Of a DNA stretch of 64,000 bases, positions 55,056 to 64,000 are shown one piece after another. This DNA is from Spirochaetaceae bacterium (lineage in GTDB: Bacteria; Spirochaetota; Spirochaetia; SZUA-6; DRHE01). The notes beneath the pieces are model-generated. The model saw only the letters and a program-made list of their open reading frames with translations. It had not been told where the DNA came from and ran no database searches. A program made the position numbers and the translations under genes. The stretch is from assembly GCA_020353535.1 (NCBI GenBank), contig CP070696.1, forward strand, positions 1,677,828 to 1,741,827, written 5' to 3'. Within the stretch, counting starts at the first letter, position 1. Each line of letters opens with the position of its first letter.

Positions 55056-55892
55056 CTATCCTTTCAGTGCTCCGGCAACCAGACCGCGGGTTAGAAATTT
55101 TCGTATCAATACCGAAAAGAACAACACCGGCAGAGTAAGAACGATCGAACCGGAGGCCATCAATCCCCAGTCCTCAGCTTCCGCCGCAAGGAACTTCATC
55201 AGGGCAACCGTTGCCGTGACCGCCCGCTGACGGGTCAGAACGAGGGGGAATAGGAATTGGTTCCAGCAGAGGATTATCGAGGTGATTCCCGCTGCCACAG
55301 CGCCGGTGGCCACAAGGGGGAGGATGATTCTGGCAAAGGTCTGAAAATCCGAGGCGCCGTCGATCTTTGCCGCATCCTCCAGCTCACCGGGAATGTCATC
55401 GAAAAAGGCGCGCATCGACCATATGACCAGGGCAAGCGTAAATGACAGGCAGATGATGATCATCCCGAGGCGGGTGTCGATGAGCTTGATCCGTACGTAC
55501 ACAGTGAAGTAGGGAATAATGAAAAGAATAGGAGGGGCCATCTGGGTGGCGAGAATAGCAAACAGGAGTGCATTCTTGCCCCGGAACGTGCCCCGCGACA
55601 GCGAATAGGCGGCGGGAACCCCGACCATGAGGGCGACTCCTGTCGCTCCGAGGCTCATGAGGATACTGTTCAGGAAGTATCGCAGGAAGTTTTCCTGGGC
55701 AAAAAGGCGAACGTAGTGGCGGAATGTTGGAATAAAAATAAGTGATGGGGGGGTACGAAACGCTTCGATCAGCGTCTTCAAAGAGATACTCATCAGCCAA
55801 TATACGGGGTAGATAAAAACGGCGAGTGCTACCGCAAATATGACGGTTACCGCTGACCAGGAAACGGCCCTGTGCAATTTCGTCTGGTACAT
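55056..55892 (-). CDS. carbohydrate ABC transporter permease (CUT1-type)
   Basis: Six TM segments with the EAA loop ELEDAAKIDGASDFQTFARIILP. Confidence 0.88.
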   Translation of the reverse strand: MYQTKLHRAVSWSAVTVIFAVALAVFIYPVYWLMSISLKTLIEAFRTPPSLIFIPTFRHYVRLFAQENFLRYFLNSILMSLGATGVALMVGVPAAYSLSRGTFRGKNALLFAILATQMAPPILFIIPYFTVYVRIKLIDTRLGMIIICLSFTLALVIWSMRAFFDDIPGELEDAAKIDGASDFQTFARIILPLVATGAVAAGITSIILCWNQFLFPLVLTRQRAVTATVALMKFLAAEAEDWGLMASGSIVLTLPVLFFSVLIRKFLTRGLVAGALKG

Positions 55893-56752
55893 CAGCGTAT
55901 GGCCCCCGACCTGCGCCCATACCAGCCCATGGCCAGGACGATCAGGAGTATCAGAAAGAACATCATGACCGCGATCGTGGAGGCGTAGCCGACTTTGTAG
56001 GAAGCGAACCCTATCCGCCAGATATGAAAGCTCATCGGTTCCGTAGTGACACCCGGACCCCCGCCTGTCATGATGTATACGAGGCCGAATATTTTTAGAG
56101 CCTGAACCGCGCGATAGATCGTCGTGAAAATGAGCACGGGCTTGAGCATGGGCAGGGTAATGAATGCAAAGATCTGCCAGCCGTTTGCCCCATCCACATA
56201 GGCCGCCGCTACCGGTTCTTCTGGAAGGGACTCCAGACCTGCCAGGAGCATGAGCATTACGTAGGGGACGCAGTACCAGGCGTGGGCGATGATGATCGCG
56301 AATCGGGCGGACCAGCCGCGGTCAAACCAGGCCGGTCCGTCGATACCGACCAGGCTGAGAAAGTAGTTAATCCCCGGCAGCACTGAGGAGAACAGCATTC
56401 TCCACACGATCGCTACCACGACCGGCGGGAGGACGATCGGAACCACGAACAGGCTTCTTCCCAGGCGGGAGAGGGCGAAATCTTTCTGCACCACCAGGGC
56501 GAGGCCCAGACCGACGGTGACCTGCAGCACCAAGGAGATGCTTGCCAAGAGGAGGGTAACGGTTACGGAGTTCCAGAAGCGTTTGTCCTGAACCAGCTTG
56601 AGGTAATTAGCGAACCCTACGAATTGTCTGATCGTGGCCAGAAGCTTGGCATTCGTTAGGCTTTGGGAAAATACCTGTCCCAAAGGTAATGCTACCAAGG
56701 CGACCAGCACCACCACTGCGGGAATTAGAAACAGGTAGTCGATCCTGCGCAT
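55892..56752 (-). CDS. sugar ABC transporter permease (CUT1-type)
   Basis: TM-rich, with the EAA-like loop EEPVAAAYVDGANGWQIFAFITLP. The ATG at 56752 behind GGAGAC is preferred over the TTG at 56785. Confidence 0.85.
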   Translation of the reverse strand: MRRIDYLFLIPAVVVLVALVALPLGQVFSQSLTNAKLLATIRQFVGFANYLKLVQDKRFWNSVTVTLLLASISLVLQVTVGLGLALVVQKDFALSRLGRSLFVVPIVLPPVVVAIVWRMLFSSVLPGINYFLSLVGIDGPAWFDRGWSARFAIIIAHAWYCVPYVMLMLLAGLESLPEEPVAAAYVDGANGWQIFAFITLPMLKPVLIFTTIYRAVQALKIFGLVYIMTGGGPGVTTEPMSFHIWRIGFASYKVGYASTIAVMMFFLILLIVLAMGWYGRRSGAIR

Positions 56753-56788
56753 GAGCTTGTCTCCAGATCCGTCGAGGTATCTCAAGAA

Positions 56789-56817
56789 GGGCTCTTTTCT
56801 TCTTGAGAAAAGAGCCC
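56789..56817 (-). other. intercistronic stem-loop between the binding-protein and permease genes
   Basis: gggctcttttc (56789-56799), 7-nt loop, gaaaagagccc (56807-56817). An alternative 9-bp pairing ctcaagaag/cttcttgag overlaps it. Confidence 0.6.
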
Positions 56818-56846
56818 TCGCGTTGTGCGGTTCTTTTCAGTACGTT

Positions 56847-58208
56847 CTATTCTTTGTAGTATCCTGCTTCTTTGTAGATCTCGTACAATTCCTTGTTGGC
56901 TTCCCTGAGTGCGCTAGCCGCGTCCTGCTCTCCAGCCAGGACTTTGGACATGGCCAGGGCGGTCACATCTTCGACTTCACCCCATTCCGCGGTCATGGGT
57001 CGATAGAAAGAGCGGACTTGTTTGTCGAACTGCTCGGCAAGCACTCTCATCAGCTCGCCGTCGGCGTAGTTGAACTTCTTGATGTAATCGGGATGAATGA
57101 GAACAGACTTTCGAGTAAGGGCCATCTCGCTCTTCTCCAGACCGGCTCGCAGCTGCCGCTCGGTGCTCAGCGTCCACTTGATAAACTCCCAACCCGCCTG
57201 CTTGTTTTGAGAACCAGCTGTAATAGCCAATCCGTGCGCGCCGAACGCCGGCCAGCGTCCGGCCGGCCCACCGGGCACATAGTGGAAGCGGAGCTTGCCG
57301 GCAACCGTGGATTTCTCCGGGTCTTCGTAGGGTCCTACGCCGGGAAAACCGTCGATCAGGATCGCCATCTTCCCCTGCTGCATCGCCAGGCTTACATCCG
57401 GGAACTTCGCTGAAAGGGTCCCCTTGTAGCCGTATTTCTGCAGCAATTCGGCGTAGTATTCGGCCGCTTTTATCGCCTCCGGGCTGTCAAACACCGGATG
57501 CATGTCCTTGGGGAAGTCTTTCACGATTCGTCCGCCAAATCCGTACAGTACCTGGGGGAAAGGCCACATGACGCCTCCCCGTACTCGAGAGCCCCGCATC
57601 CCGATGGCACCGACTTCAGGTGTATGGATTTTCTTGGCTACCTCCATCAGTTCGTCCCATGTGTCCGGCGGTTTGGGGATGCCGTATTTTTCGAAGATAT
57701 CGCCCCGGTAGAACATCACCTGCGTCGTATTCAGGATTGGCAGGGCGTAGAGTTTCCCGTCAACGTCCAGGAAACGAAGGGATCCACCCAAGAAATCCTC
57801 GAAGTTGAAGCTGGCTGCATCCGTCCACTTCGGATCGTTGATGATCGGCCCGAGCTCAACGATCCATTCGCTCAAAGCCCAACGGCTGTAGGATCTTCCT
57901 GTCGCCCAGATGACGTCGTAGGCACCACCGCCGGCGGCCAGCTCCAGCTCGACCTTGGTGTCGTAGCCTGCAGCAGGAGCGTAGGTCAGCTCTTTTACAT
58001 TAACCATGGGATTTTTACTTTCGAAATCGGCGAGCATGTCGTTGAGTCCCGTTCCCGTTGCTGAAGCCATCAGGAGAACATTGATCTCAGATGGTTCTGT
58101 CGGCTCCTCAACGGCCGCTGGCCCCGGTTGTTGGCCGCTGGACCAGCACGGTGAGATTGCTAGTAATGACAGGGAAATGATCCCAAGTGCTAGAAAAACC
58201 TTTCTCAT
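56847..58208 (-). CDS. extracellular solute-binding protein (sugar ABC transporter)
   Basis: Signal peptide MRKVFLALGIISLSLLAISPCWSS and family-1 SBP length. GAGGAGG RBS precedes the ATG at 58208. Confidence 0.85.
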   Translation of the reverse strand: MRKVFLALGIISLSLLAISPCWSSGQQPGPAAVEEPTEPSEINVLLMASATGTGLNDMLADFESKNPMVNVKELTYAPAAGYDTKVELELAAGGGAYDVIWATGRSYSRWALSEWIVELGPIINDPKWTDAASFNFEDFLGGSLRFLDVDGKLYALPILNTTQVMFYRGDIFEKYGIPKPPDTWDELMEVAKKIHTPEVGAIGMRGSRVRGGVMWPFPQVLYGFGGRIVKDFPKDMHPVFDSPEAIKAAEYYAELLQKYGYKGTLSAKFPDVSLAMQQGKMAILIDGFPGVGPYEDPEKSTVAGKLRFHYVPGGPAGRWPAFGAHGLAITAGSQNKQAGWEFIKWTLSTERQLRAGLEKSEMALTRKSVLIHPDYIKKFNYADGELMRVLAEQFDKQVRSFYRPMTAEWGEVEDVTALAMSKVLAGEQDAASALREANKELYEIYKEAGYYKE

Positions 58209-58294
58209 TCTAAAATCCTCCTCGTTGTTAAAATAGTTGCGCACGTTCGATCCAGGCGAAACCGTTGGTTTGGACATCGGTTTCCTGCAATCCT

Positions 58295-59155
58295 TCAAAT
58301 TTCGTTTCCCGGGTCACCTCCTTTCTTCAATTTTTCTTTGCAGCCTTCACCTCCCTTCTTCAGAATTGAGCTGATTCGAAAAGTAATAAATTCGAGCAGG
58401 GCAAGCTGCGCGATCCTGGGCTGACAGGAGTAACTGCCCAGCAGCGTTTCGGGCACCGAGGTAAGAAGGGCCACATCGGCGAGCTTGGCTACGGGGGAGG
58501 ATACGAAATTCGTCATCCCGACGGTAAATACCTTGTTCTCCTTGCCGCGCCTTATGGCATGGACGATCTCCTGGGTTTCCCCTGAATGGGAAATCCCAAA
58601 CACCAGATCATCGCTATCCAATCGAGAGACGAACCGTTCCAGTTCCACCCGATCGGAGATGTACGTGCTGAGTAATCCCAGGCCCAACAGGCAGTCATTG
58701 AAGATCCGGGCGACCCCCGCCGATCCGGCGAGTCCTGCAATGAGAATGTGTTCCGCCTGGCAGATCTTTATTGCCAGGGTATCGACGGCGTTTTCGGTAT
58801 ATGGATCCAAGGTCTTGGTGATGTCTTTGGACAAATTCTGCAGGAAGTTGATTTTCAGCGAACTGAAATCATCGTTGAGGGCTATTTCCTGATACAGGCT
58901 CGTCCCCTTCTTCAAAAGCTCCGGTACGAGGGCCGCCTTGAAATCCTGATATCCGGAAAATCCCAGAGAGCGGCAGAACCTCAATACAGAGGCGTCGCTA
59001 ACCGAGCATTTTTCCGACACCAGTTGCAGGGACGAGATAATGGTCTTGTCCGGGTGGAGACGAACGTAATCCGCCACTCGTCTTTCGGTCTTGCTCAACC
59101 TCTGGTAGTGTTTTTCGATTAGACGGATCGGACTTTCCTGTTCCAGTCTATCCAT
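58295..59155 (-). CDS. MurR/RpiR family transcriptional regulator (HTH_6 + SIS domain)
   Basis: LSKTERRVADYVRLHPDKTI...SVSDASVLRFCRSLGFSGYQDFK, and the SIS segment GISHSGETQE. Confidence 0.88.
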   Translation of the reverse strand: MDRLEQESPIRLIEKHYQRLSKTERRVADYVRLHPDKTIISSLQLVSEKCSVSDASVLRFCRSLGFSGYQDFKAALVPELLKKGTSLYQEIALNDDFSSLKINFLQNLSKDITKTLDPYTENAVDTLAIKICQAEHILIAGLAGSAGVARIFNDCLLGLGLLSTYISDRVELERFVSRLDSDDLVFGISHSGETQEIVHAIRRGKENKVFTVGMTNFVSSPVAKLADVALLTSVPETLLGSYSCQPRIAQLALLEFITFRISSILKKGGEGCKEKLKKGGDPGNEI

Positions 59156-59187
59156 ATGATATTGTAAATGCTATAATAGATAATAAA

Positions 59188-59205
59188 ATGTTGTGTTCAC
59201 AACAT
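59188..59205. promoter_or_regulatory. 18-bp palindrome (operator candidate) just downstream of a TATAAT box
   Basis: atgttgtg-tt-cacaacat, with TATAAT at 59172-59177. Lies in the 32-nt gap between rpiR and the divergent URO-D gene. Confidence 0.45.
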
Positions 59206-60318
59206 GGTATACTTGGATCTGAAACCTGTCAAGAAAAAAAACAAGAAGTGTTATCGAACCGATTTAGCGAGGGATTTGAGAGACTCGAGGCAGCAACAAG
59301 GGGTGTACCCGATCGTGTCCCCTTTACTTCGCAAATGCATGAGTTTGCGATGAACCGGATCGGTGTTCCACCCCAGCGTTTCTATTCCGAGGCGGATACC
59401 TTCGTCTCCGGTCTCATCGAGACTGCGGAGGAGTTCGATTTTGATACCCCCAGTCTCGGCTATGATGCCTATAATATAGAGGCTGAGGCCATGGGTCAGC
59501 CTCTGCACTTCACTGTACGGCAGGCACCTGTGATCGACAAAGACGCGATTCTTATCAATGACAAGGCAGATCTGCTTCACCTGAAGCCGCCCCAAGCGGG
59601 GATTTCCGGGCGGATGTCCTTCATTCTCGATGTGCATCGCCGCTACAGGGAACGCTTGGGAATCAACCCGGCCTTTCAGTTCTGCGCCCCCTTTTCCCTC
59701 GCAACGCTGGTACGAGGGTACGTCAATTTCATTCAGGACATTTATACGGATCCGGATTTTGCCCGAGATATTCTGCGTTTTCTAACAGAAGAGGTCCTTG
59801 CCCCGTGGATCAAGGCGCAGAAACGAGCCTTCCCTGCCACCGATTCCGCCGTTGGGGCTGATGCATTATGCTCCCCCCCCATGGTAAACGCACAGATCAT
59901 CGAGCATTTCTCCATCCCCTACATCCTGCGCTTACGAGAGCTATGCGATCTGGATGTCATGGTCGTAAACTGGTGGGGGGACAGTCACTTCGAGGATGTC
60001 GAACGGTTCTTGGAGTTGAAGCGACAGGTAGCCTGCGGGATCATCAGGGCGCAGGACCCCGATGTTGCCCGCTTGGGACCGAGGGTGTTTAAAGAATTCG
60101 CCCGCAGGCACGACTTGACCCTTGAGCTCGGCCTCGGCGATGTCTTGCTCAACCAGGGGCCGAGGCAGGAGATTGAAGACCGCATCCGTTACTACATTTC
60201 TGAAGCCTGCGTAGGCGGCCGCTTCATTCTCTATCTGGCCAGCATCAACTCGGACACGCCACCGGATCACATCCGCGCTGCCGTGGCAGCGATAAAGAGA
60301 TACGGAAGATACCCTTGA
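59188..60318 (+). CDS. uroporphyrinogen decarboxylase (URO-D) / MtaA-family protein, second copy
   Basis: GVPDRVPFTSQMHEF, YNIEAEAMGQPL and ILYLASINSDTPPDHIRAAV. The start codon is uncertain because the ATG at 59188 lies inside the palindrome; a GTG at 59248 is an alternative. Confidence 0.7.
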   Translation: MLCSQHGILGSETCQEKKQEVLSNRFSEGFERLEAATRGVPDRVPFTSQMHEFAMNRIGVPPQRFYSEADTFVSGLIETAEEFDFDTPSLGYDAYNIEAEAMGQPLHFTVRQAPVIDKDAILINDKADLLHLKPPQAGISGRMSFILDVHRRYRERLGINPAFQFCAPFSLATLVRGYVNFIQDIYTDPDFARDILRFLTEEVLAPWIKAQKRAFPATDSAVGADALCSPPMVNAQIIEHFSIPYILRLRELCDLDVMVVNWWGDSHFEDVERFLELKRQVACGIIRAQDPDVARLGPRVFKEFARRHDLTLELGLGDVLLNQGPRQEIEDRIRYYISEACVGGRFILYLASINSDTPPDHIRAAVAAIKRYGRYP

Positions 60319-60388
60319 GCCGGGCTATGAGGCTCCGCCAACGGTAGTATGCAGGTCATGTCCCAGGATTCTCCCTAATCGATTGAAT

Positions 60389-62404
60389 CTAAGGCTGCTT
60401 ATTCCGCTTGATAATCGAATGTATCATTGCACTGAGACGATCCGAATCGATACCAAGGGCGCTCGCGGCTCTCTGCCCGGGCGCTGATAGCCCGAAACGC
60501 TCGATTGAAAGAATGGAGCAGTTCTCTGAGAATAACGCCTGCCAACCCTGAGCCACGCCCGCTTCGATTACAATCCTGTCGGCTTTTTGCGGTATCAGCG
60601 AGGTGCGGAATTCGATGTCTTGGGAGAGAAAAAGCTCGCGACAGGGCATGGATACGACCCGGATTTTTTTATCCCCGTATGCTGGGCACACCTCCAAAGC
60701 CTCGTGAACCTCCGATCCGGTAGCTATGATCACCAGATCGGGATTCCCACCACAGTCCTTGACGAGGTAGGCTCCCCTGCGGAAACTATCCCGCCAATTC
60801 GGATCGGCTTTGGGGAATACCTCAATCCCAAAGCGGGTCAGGGCGATCACCGTCGGGCCGCCGGTCCGCTCCAGGGCGAGCTTCCAGGCCTCCACGGTCT
60901 CCTGAGCATCCGCAGGACGCAGAACCATCAAGCCGGGTATCGCCCGGAGCGCGGCCAGGTGTTCCACGGGCTGGTGGGTGGGCCCGTCCTCGCCGATCTT
61001 CACTGAGTCGTGGCTCATTATGTAGATCACAGGCAGCTTCATCAGGGCGGCCAGTCGAATGGCCGGGCGCATGTAGTCGGAGAAGGCCATGAACGTGGCG
61101 CAAAATGGCCTGAGCATACTGTGCAGGGCGATACCGTTGGAAATACTGCCCATGGCGTGTTCCCGTACGCCGTAGTACAGGAACCGGCCGCAGGGATTGT
61201 CCCGTGAGAAGGCGGTGAGCTGTGGGGTAGTGCCGAAGCAGGGAACGGTGAGATCGGCGCAGCCGCCTACCAGCTCGGGTCGCTGTTCAACCAGCGAATC
61301 GAGGATCTTTCCTCCGGCTACACGGGTCGCCGGAGAGTCTCCGATCTTGAAATTCGGGAGCCCAAGCTCTGCAGTAGGTCCTTTTTGTGCATTTTCGAGC
61401 CCGCGCAACTCATCGTACAAATTTGGGTTTTTCTGTCGCCAGTCTGCGAACAGTGCCTGCCAGCGGTCGTAGTGTTCGCTCCACGCCTTGCCTCGTTCCG
61501 CGAAGTACGCCAGAGCTTGAGGGGAAACAAAAAACTCCCCTTTGACCCCCAGGGATCGTTTCAACCCCTCCACTTCCTCACGTCCCAGGGCGCCTCCGTG
61601 AACCTGATGAGAACCGGCCAGTTTCGGTGCCCCTTTTCCGATCTGTGATTGGAGCACGATCAGGCTGGGTTTGTCGGTGTCGTTTTTCGCTTGGTCCACC
61701 AGATCCAGGATGCCGTCCAGATCATAGGCGTCGCCCTGCAATACCTGCCAATTGCAGGCCTGAAAGCGGCCAGGCACGTGGTCGCTGAAGGCTAGTTCGG
61801 TGCTGCCGTCTATAGAAATTGAGTTGGAATCGTAGAAGACGATCAGCTTGCCCAGCCCCAGATGTCCGGCCAGGGACACCGCCTCGTAGCAGACTCCCTC
61901 CATTAGGTCTCCGTCACTGGCCAGGACGTAGGTGAAGTGGTCCATGATGCGATGTTCCGCCGTGTTGAAGCGGGAGGCGAGCATCCTTTCGGCTATGGCT
62001 ATTCCCACGGCATTACCGAATCCCTGTCCCAGCGGACCGGTGGTGGTCTCCACGCCCGCTGTGGTGCCCCGCTCCGGGTGCCCCGGCGTCTTCGAGCCCA
62101 GTTGGCGGAAGGCTTTTATGTCCGTGAGAGTCAGATCGTAGCCGGTGAGAAACAGAAGGGAATAGAGAAGCATGGAGCCATGACCTGCGGACAGGATGAA
62201 GCGGTCCCGGTTGATCCACTGGGGATCTGCCGGGTTGTGCTTCAGGATCTCTCCGTAGATCAGTGCACCCAGCTCTGCACAGCCCAGGGGCAGTCCGGGA
62301 TGTCCGGACTGAGCCTTCTCGATTGCATCCGCGCTCAGAGCTCGGATGGTCAGAGCTGAGGCGGCCAGGTTCTCTTTCACGGTGGAGGAGAGATGTCTGC
62401 CCAT
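60389..62404 (-). CDS. tkt: transketolase
   Basis: [36 protein letters not shown] and [21 protein letters not shown]. Confidence 0.93.
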   Translation of the reverse strand: MGRHLSSTVKENLAASALTIRALSADAIEKAQSGHPGLPLGCAELGALIYGEILKHNPADPQWINRDRFILSAGHGSMLLYSLLFLTGYDLTLTDIKAFRQLGSKTPGHPERGTTAGVETTTGPLGQGFGNAVGIAIAERMLASRFNTAEHRIMDHFTYVLASDGDLMEGVCYEAVSLAGHLGLGKLIVFYDSNSISIDGSTELAFSDHVPGRFQACNWQVLQGDAYDLDGILDLVDQAKNDTDKPSLIVLQSQIGKGAPKLAGSHQVHGGALGREEVEGLKRSLGVKGEFFVSPQALAYFAERGKAWSEHYDRWQALFADWRQKNPNLYDELRGLENAQKGPTAELGLPNFKIGDSPATRVAGGKILDSLVEQRPELVGGCADLTVPCFGTTPQLTAFSRDNPCGRFLYYGVREHAMGSISNGIALHSMLRPFCATFMAFSDYMRPAIRLAALMKLPVIYIMSHDSVKIGEDGPTHQPVEHLAALRAIPGLMVLRPADAQETVEAWKLALERTGGPTVIALTRFGIEVFPKADPNWRDSFRRGAYLVKDCGGNPDLVIIATGSEVHEALEVCPAYGDKKIRVVSMPCRELFLSQDIEFRTSLIPQKADRIVIEAGVAQGWQALFSENCSILSIERFGLSAPGQRAASALGIDSDRLSAMIHSIIKRNKQP

Positions 62405-62407
62405 TGC

Positions 62408-63847
62408 TCAATCCTTCATCATCAGGTGTACCCCGGCGGTTTTGAAGGTGCGGGGCAAGGCCAGGATGTTCGGATCCTCGCCCACGTACTTCTTGCGGGC
62501 ATCCTGCAGGGCCTCCTCGAAGGTGGCCCGGGTCTTCATCCCCATTGCCCGTGCGTATCCAGGCTCATAGGCGCCGACGATGTAGACAGCAGCACAGTGG
62601 TCCTCGGCGATGTGACCGCAGCTCACCATGGAAAAGCAGTGATAGGGATGAAATCCGTAGTTGAATCGATACTGCCTGATGAACTCCTCATTGCTGCAGA
62701 AGTATTCGCCGTATTTCTCAACATCGGGCAGCACATTGTGATAGTCCTTCTTGAAAAGCTCGTAAAGCTGGCGGTAGGCGGTGAACTCTTCGTCATGAAA
62801 ATAACCGTTACAGATCGATGAGCAGATCACGACGCTGCGGTCGCTCAACACCCGCCGGTGGCGGATCACGTTCGCCGCTATAGCCTGGAGGATGAGAATC
62901 GGATTTGTTCCGTGTCCGTTTCCGTAGTGGAAGAATTGGGGCATGCCGAAGATCATCACGTCGTACTTCTTCTCAGCCCAGGGTACGTAAGTCCTCTTGT
63001 CGGCCACTTCCCAGGACAGAGGCTGCATCTCCTCACCGAAGCCGCTGAGCACCGCAATCTGCCTGGCTTTGGTGTCCAAAACCGCATCGCAGAGGAAGAA
63101 CTTCCGGCCCATTTTCTTCTCCACATATTGCCCGATTGCATCGAACTTCCGCCGCATCAGGCTCTGGGCACTGACAGGGGTGAAGTCGGAGCGATGCATC
63201 ACCGAAGGGACGTGGTTCGAAGCGATCGTACGCCAGTGGGTGATTCCGGTGGCCACGTGTTTGTAGCCGCCCGAGTACCCTCCGTAGGGATTGCCGAGGG
63301 TGTGGCCGATACACACGGCCAGGTCGCTCTCGAACACCTCTCTATTGATTATCACGGGATCGCCCAGCTCGTCATGACCAAGGTCGACAAGATTTTCCCA
63401 ATCCTCAGAGTCGTGGTTGACGATCTGGTGCGTCTCCCAGAATCGATCGAAAATGCCGTCCCCTAAAATCTGCCTGATTTCCTCCCTTGTATTCTTGCGA
63501 TGCAGGCCGGTGGAACAGATGAGCCTTATGTCCTCTTCCCGCACTCCTGCGGAGATACACTCTTCGATGATGATGGGAATAGCGATCTTACGGTGGCTCG
63601 TGGGTTGGAAGCCGCCCTTTACCCGGTCGGGAAACACGATGGTGACCTTGGATCCCGCCGACACCAGCTCCGATATCGCGGGCATTCCGATCGGATTCCT
63701 AATCGAACGGCGGGTTTCTTCGACGAGTTTTTCTTCTGGAATGAACGGCGGATCCGCGACCGTCTCGCCGGGAATGAAAATATCAGCGGTGTCCGGGAGC
63801 CGGGCTGGCATCGTCCCTTGCCCGTATTCAAACTCTACGGTTTTCAT
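62408..63847 (-). CDS. LarA-family (nickel-pincer-dependent lactate racemase-like, DUF2088) protein
   Basis: KVTIVFPDRVKGG, CSTGLHR, VCIGHTLGNPYGGYSGGYKHV. 479 aa. Confidence 0.75.
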   Translation of the reverse strand: MKTVEFEYGQGTMPARLPDTADIFIPGETVADPPFIPEEKLVEETRRSIRNPIGMPAISELVSAGSKVTIVFPDRVKGGFQPTSHRKIAIPIIIEECISAGVREEDIRLICSTGLHRKNTREEIRQILGDGIFDRFWETHQIVNHDSEDWENLVDLGHDELGDPVIINREVFESDLAVCIGHTLGNPYGGYSGGYKHVATGITHWRTIASNHVPSVMHRSDFTPVSAQSLMRRKFDAIGQYVEKKMGRKFFLCDAVLDTKARQIAVLSGFGEEMQPLSWEVADKRTYVPWAEKKYDVMIFGMPQFFHYGNGHGTNPILILQAIAANVIRHRRVLSDRSVVICSSICNGYFHDEEFTAYRQLYELFKKDYHNVLPDVEKYGEYFCSNEEFIRQYRFNYGFHPYHCFSMVSCGHIAEDHCAAVYIVGAYEPGYARAMGMKTRATFEEALQDARKKYVGEDPNILALPRTFKTAGVHLMMKD

Positions 63848-64000
63848 CCAGTTCCCTTCCTCTTCATATATCTCTCGACGATGATGCGCAGGTCGTTGGG
63901 ATCGAAGCCGATCGGCTGGGTAAACTTGGTCAGCGCAACCAGACCCCCGTCTATGGTTTCGACGCCCGCAATTTCCTCAACATTCGCCTCCTTCAATCCC
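63844..64000 (-). CDS. 3' end of an unidentified gene running off the window
   Basis: My translation of the minus strand is open to the window edge (…VEEIAGVETIDGGLVALTKFTQPIGFDPNDLRIIVERYMKRKGTG-stop). Its TGA overlaps the larA-family ATG (ATGA). Confidence 0.4.
   Translation of the reverse strand, partial: GLKEANVEEIAGVETIDGGLVALTKFTQPIGFDPNDLRIIVERYMKRKGTG

Noticed and set aside
1-64000. Search by eye for tRNA, rRNA, CRISPR arrays, transposase/integrase genes, prophage blocks, and canonical defence systems (RM, CBASS, Thoeris, retrons, Cas).
   Set aside because: None recognised. The only classical accessory element is the decayed Phd/VapC pair. A systematic scan (tRNAscan-SE, Infernal, DefenseFinder/PADLOC) would be needed to exclude them formally.

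Overview
64-kb segment of a high-G+C bacterial chromosome. Spot counts of single 60-nt lines give about 58-63% G+C in backbone genes. I called about 60 protein-coding genes, and no rRNA, tRNA, CRISPR array, transposase or integrase was recognised. All family calls come from reading motifs in the supplied translations, since no database search was possible. Gene content points to a saccharolytic, probably anaerobic organism. The TPR/ExbB/ExbD/TonB cluster and signal peptides look spirochaete-like, but that is only a guess.

Main blocks, left to right:
- acyltransferase, DinB-family protein, and a small protein coupled to a MutS-related ATPase
- a divergent PdxA-family / DUF1537 four-carbon acid-sugar kinase pair, then a PPi-type phosphofructokinase
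- tungsten-type aldehyde:ferredoxin oxidoreductase (AOR) translationally coupled to dhaK-dhaL-dhaM, followed by an HpcH aldolase and a formamidase-family gene
- giant TPR lipoprotein, secreted outer-membrane candidate, ExbB, ExbD, TonB
- a decayed Phd/VapC toxin-antitoxin module
- TPP riboswitch plus thiamine ABC transporter
- a lower-G+C islet (about 31.7-37.3 kb) holding an anchor-less SdhAB/FrdAB pair, purine nucleoside phosphorylase, an orphan 43%-G+C gene with a diverged nucleotidyl-cyclase-like palm signature, and an HTH + Cys-rich (two-CW-like) regulator
- carbamoylase-type amidase, CapA, Tpx, thioredoxin-domain protein, gcvH-thiF
- a complete pyruvate dehydrogenase operon, then SDR-folB
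- an RpiR-controlled sugar-type ABC locus carrying two uroporphyrinogen-decarboxylase/MtaA-family genes and TIM-barrel isomerases
- transketolase and a LarA-family gene

Three genes are visibly decayed: the VapC/Phd module, a YtcJ-like amidohydrolase, and a second AOR copy.

The most interesting signals are:
1. The orphan cyclase-like gene downstream of PNP.
2. A near-identical 35-bp palindrome placed in promoter-like context in front of both sdhAB and the HTH/two-CW regulator.
3. The AOR-dhaKLM-aldolase operon.
4. The sugar ABC locus with URO-D-family enzymes but no corrinoid protein.
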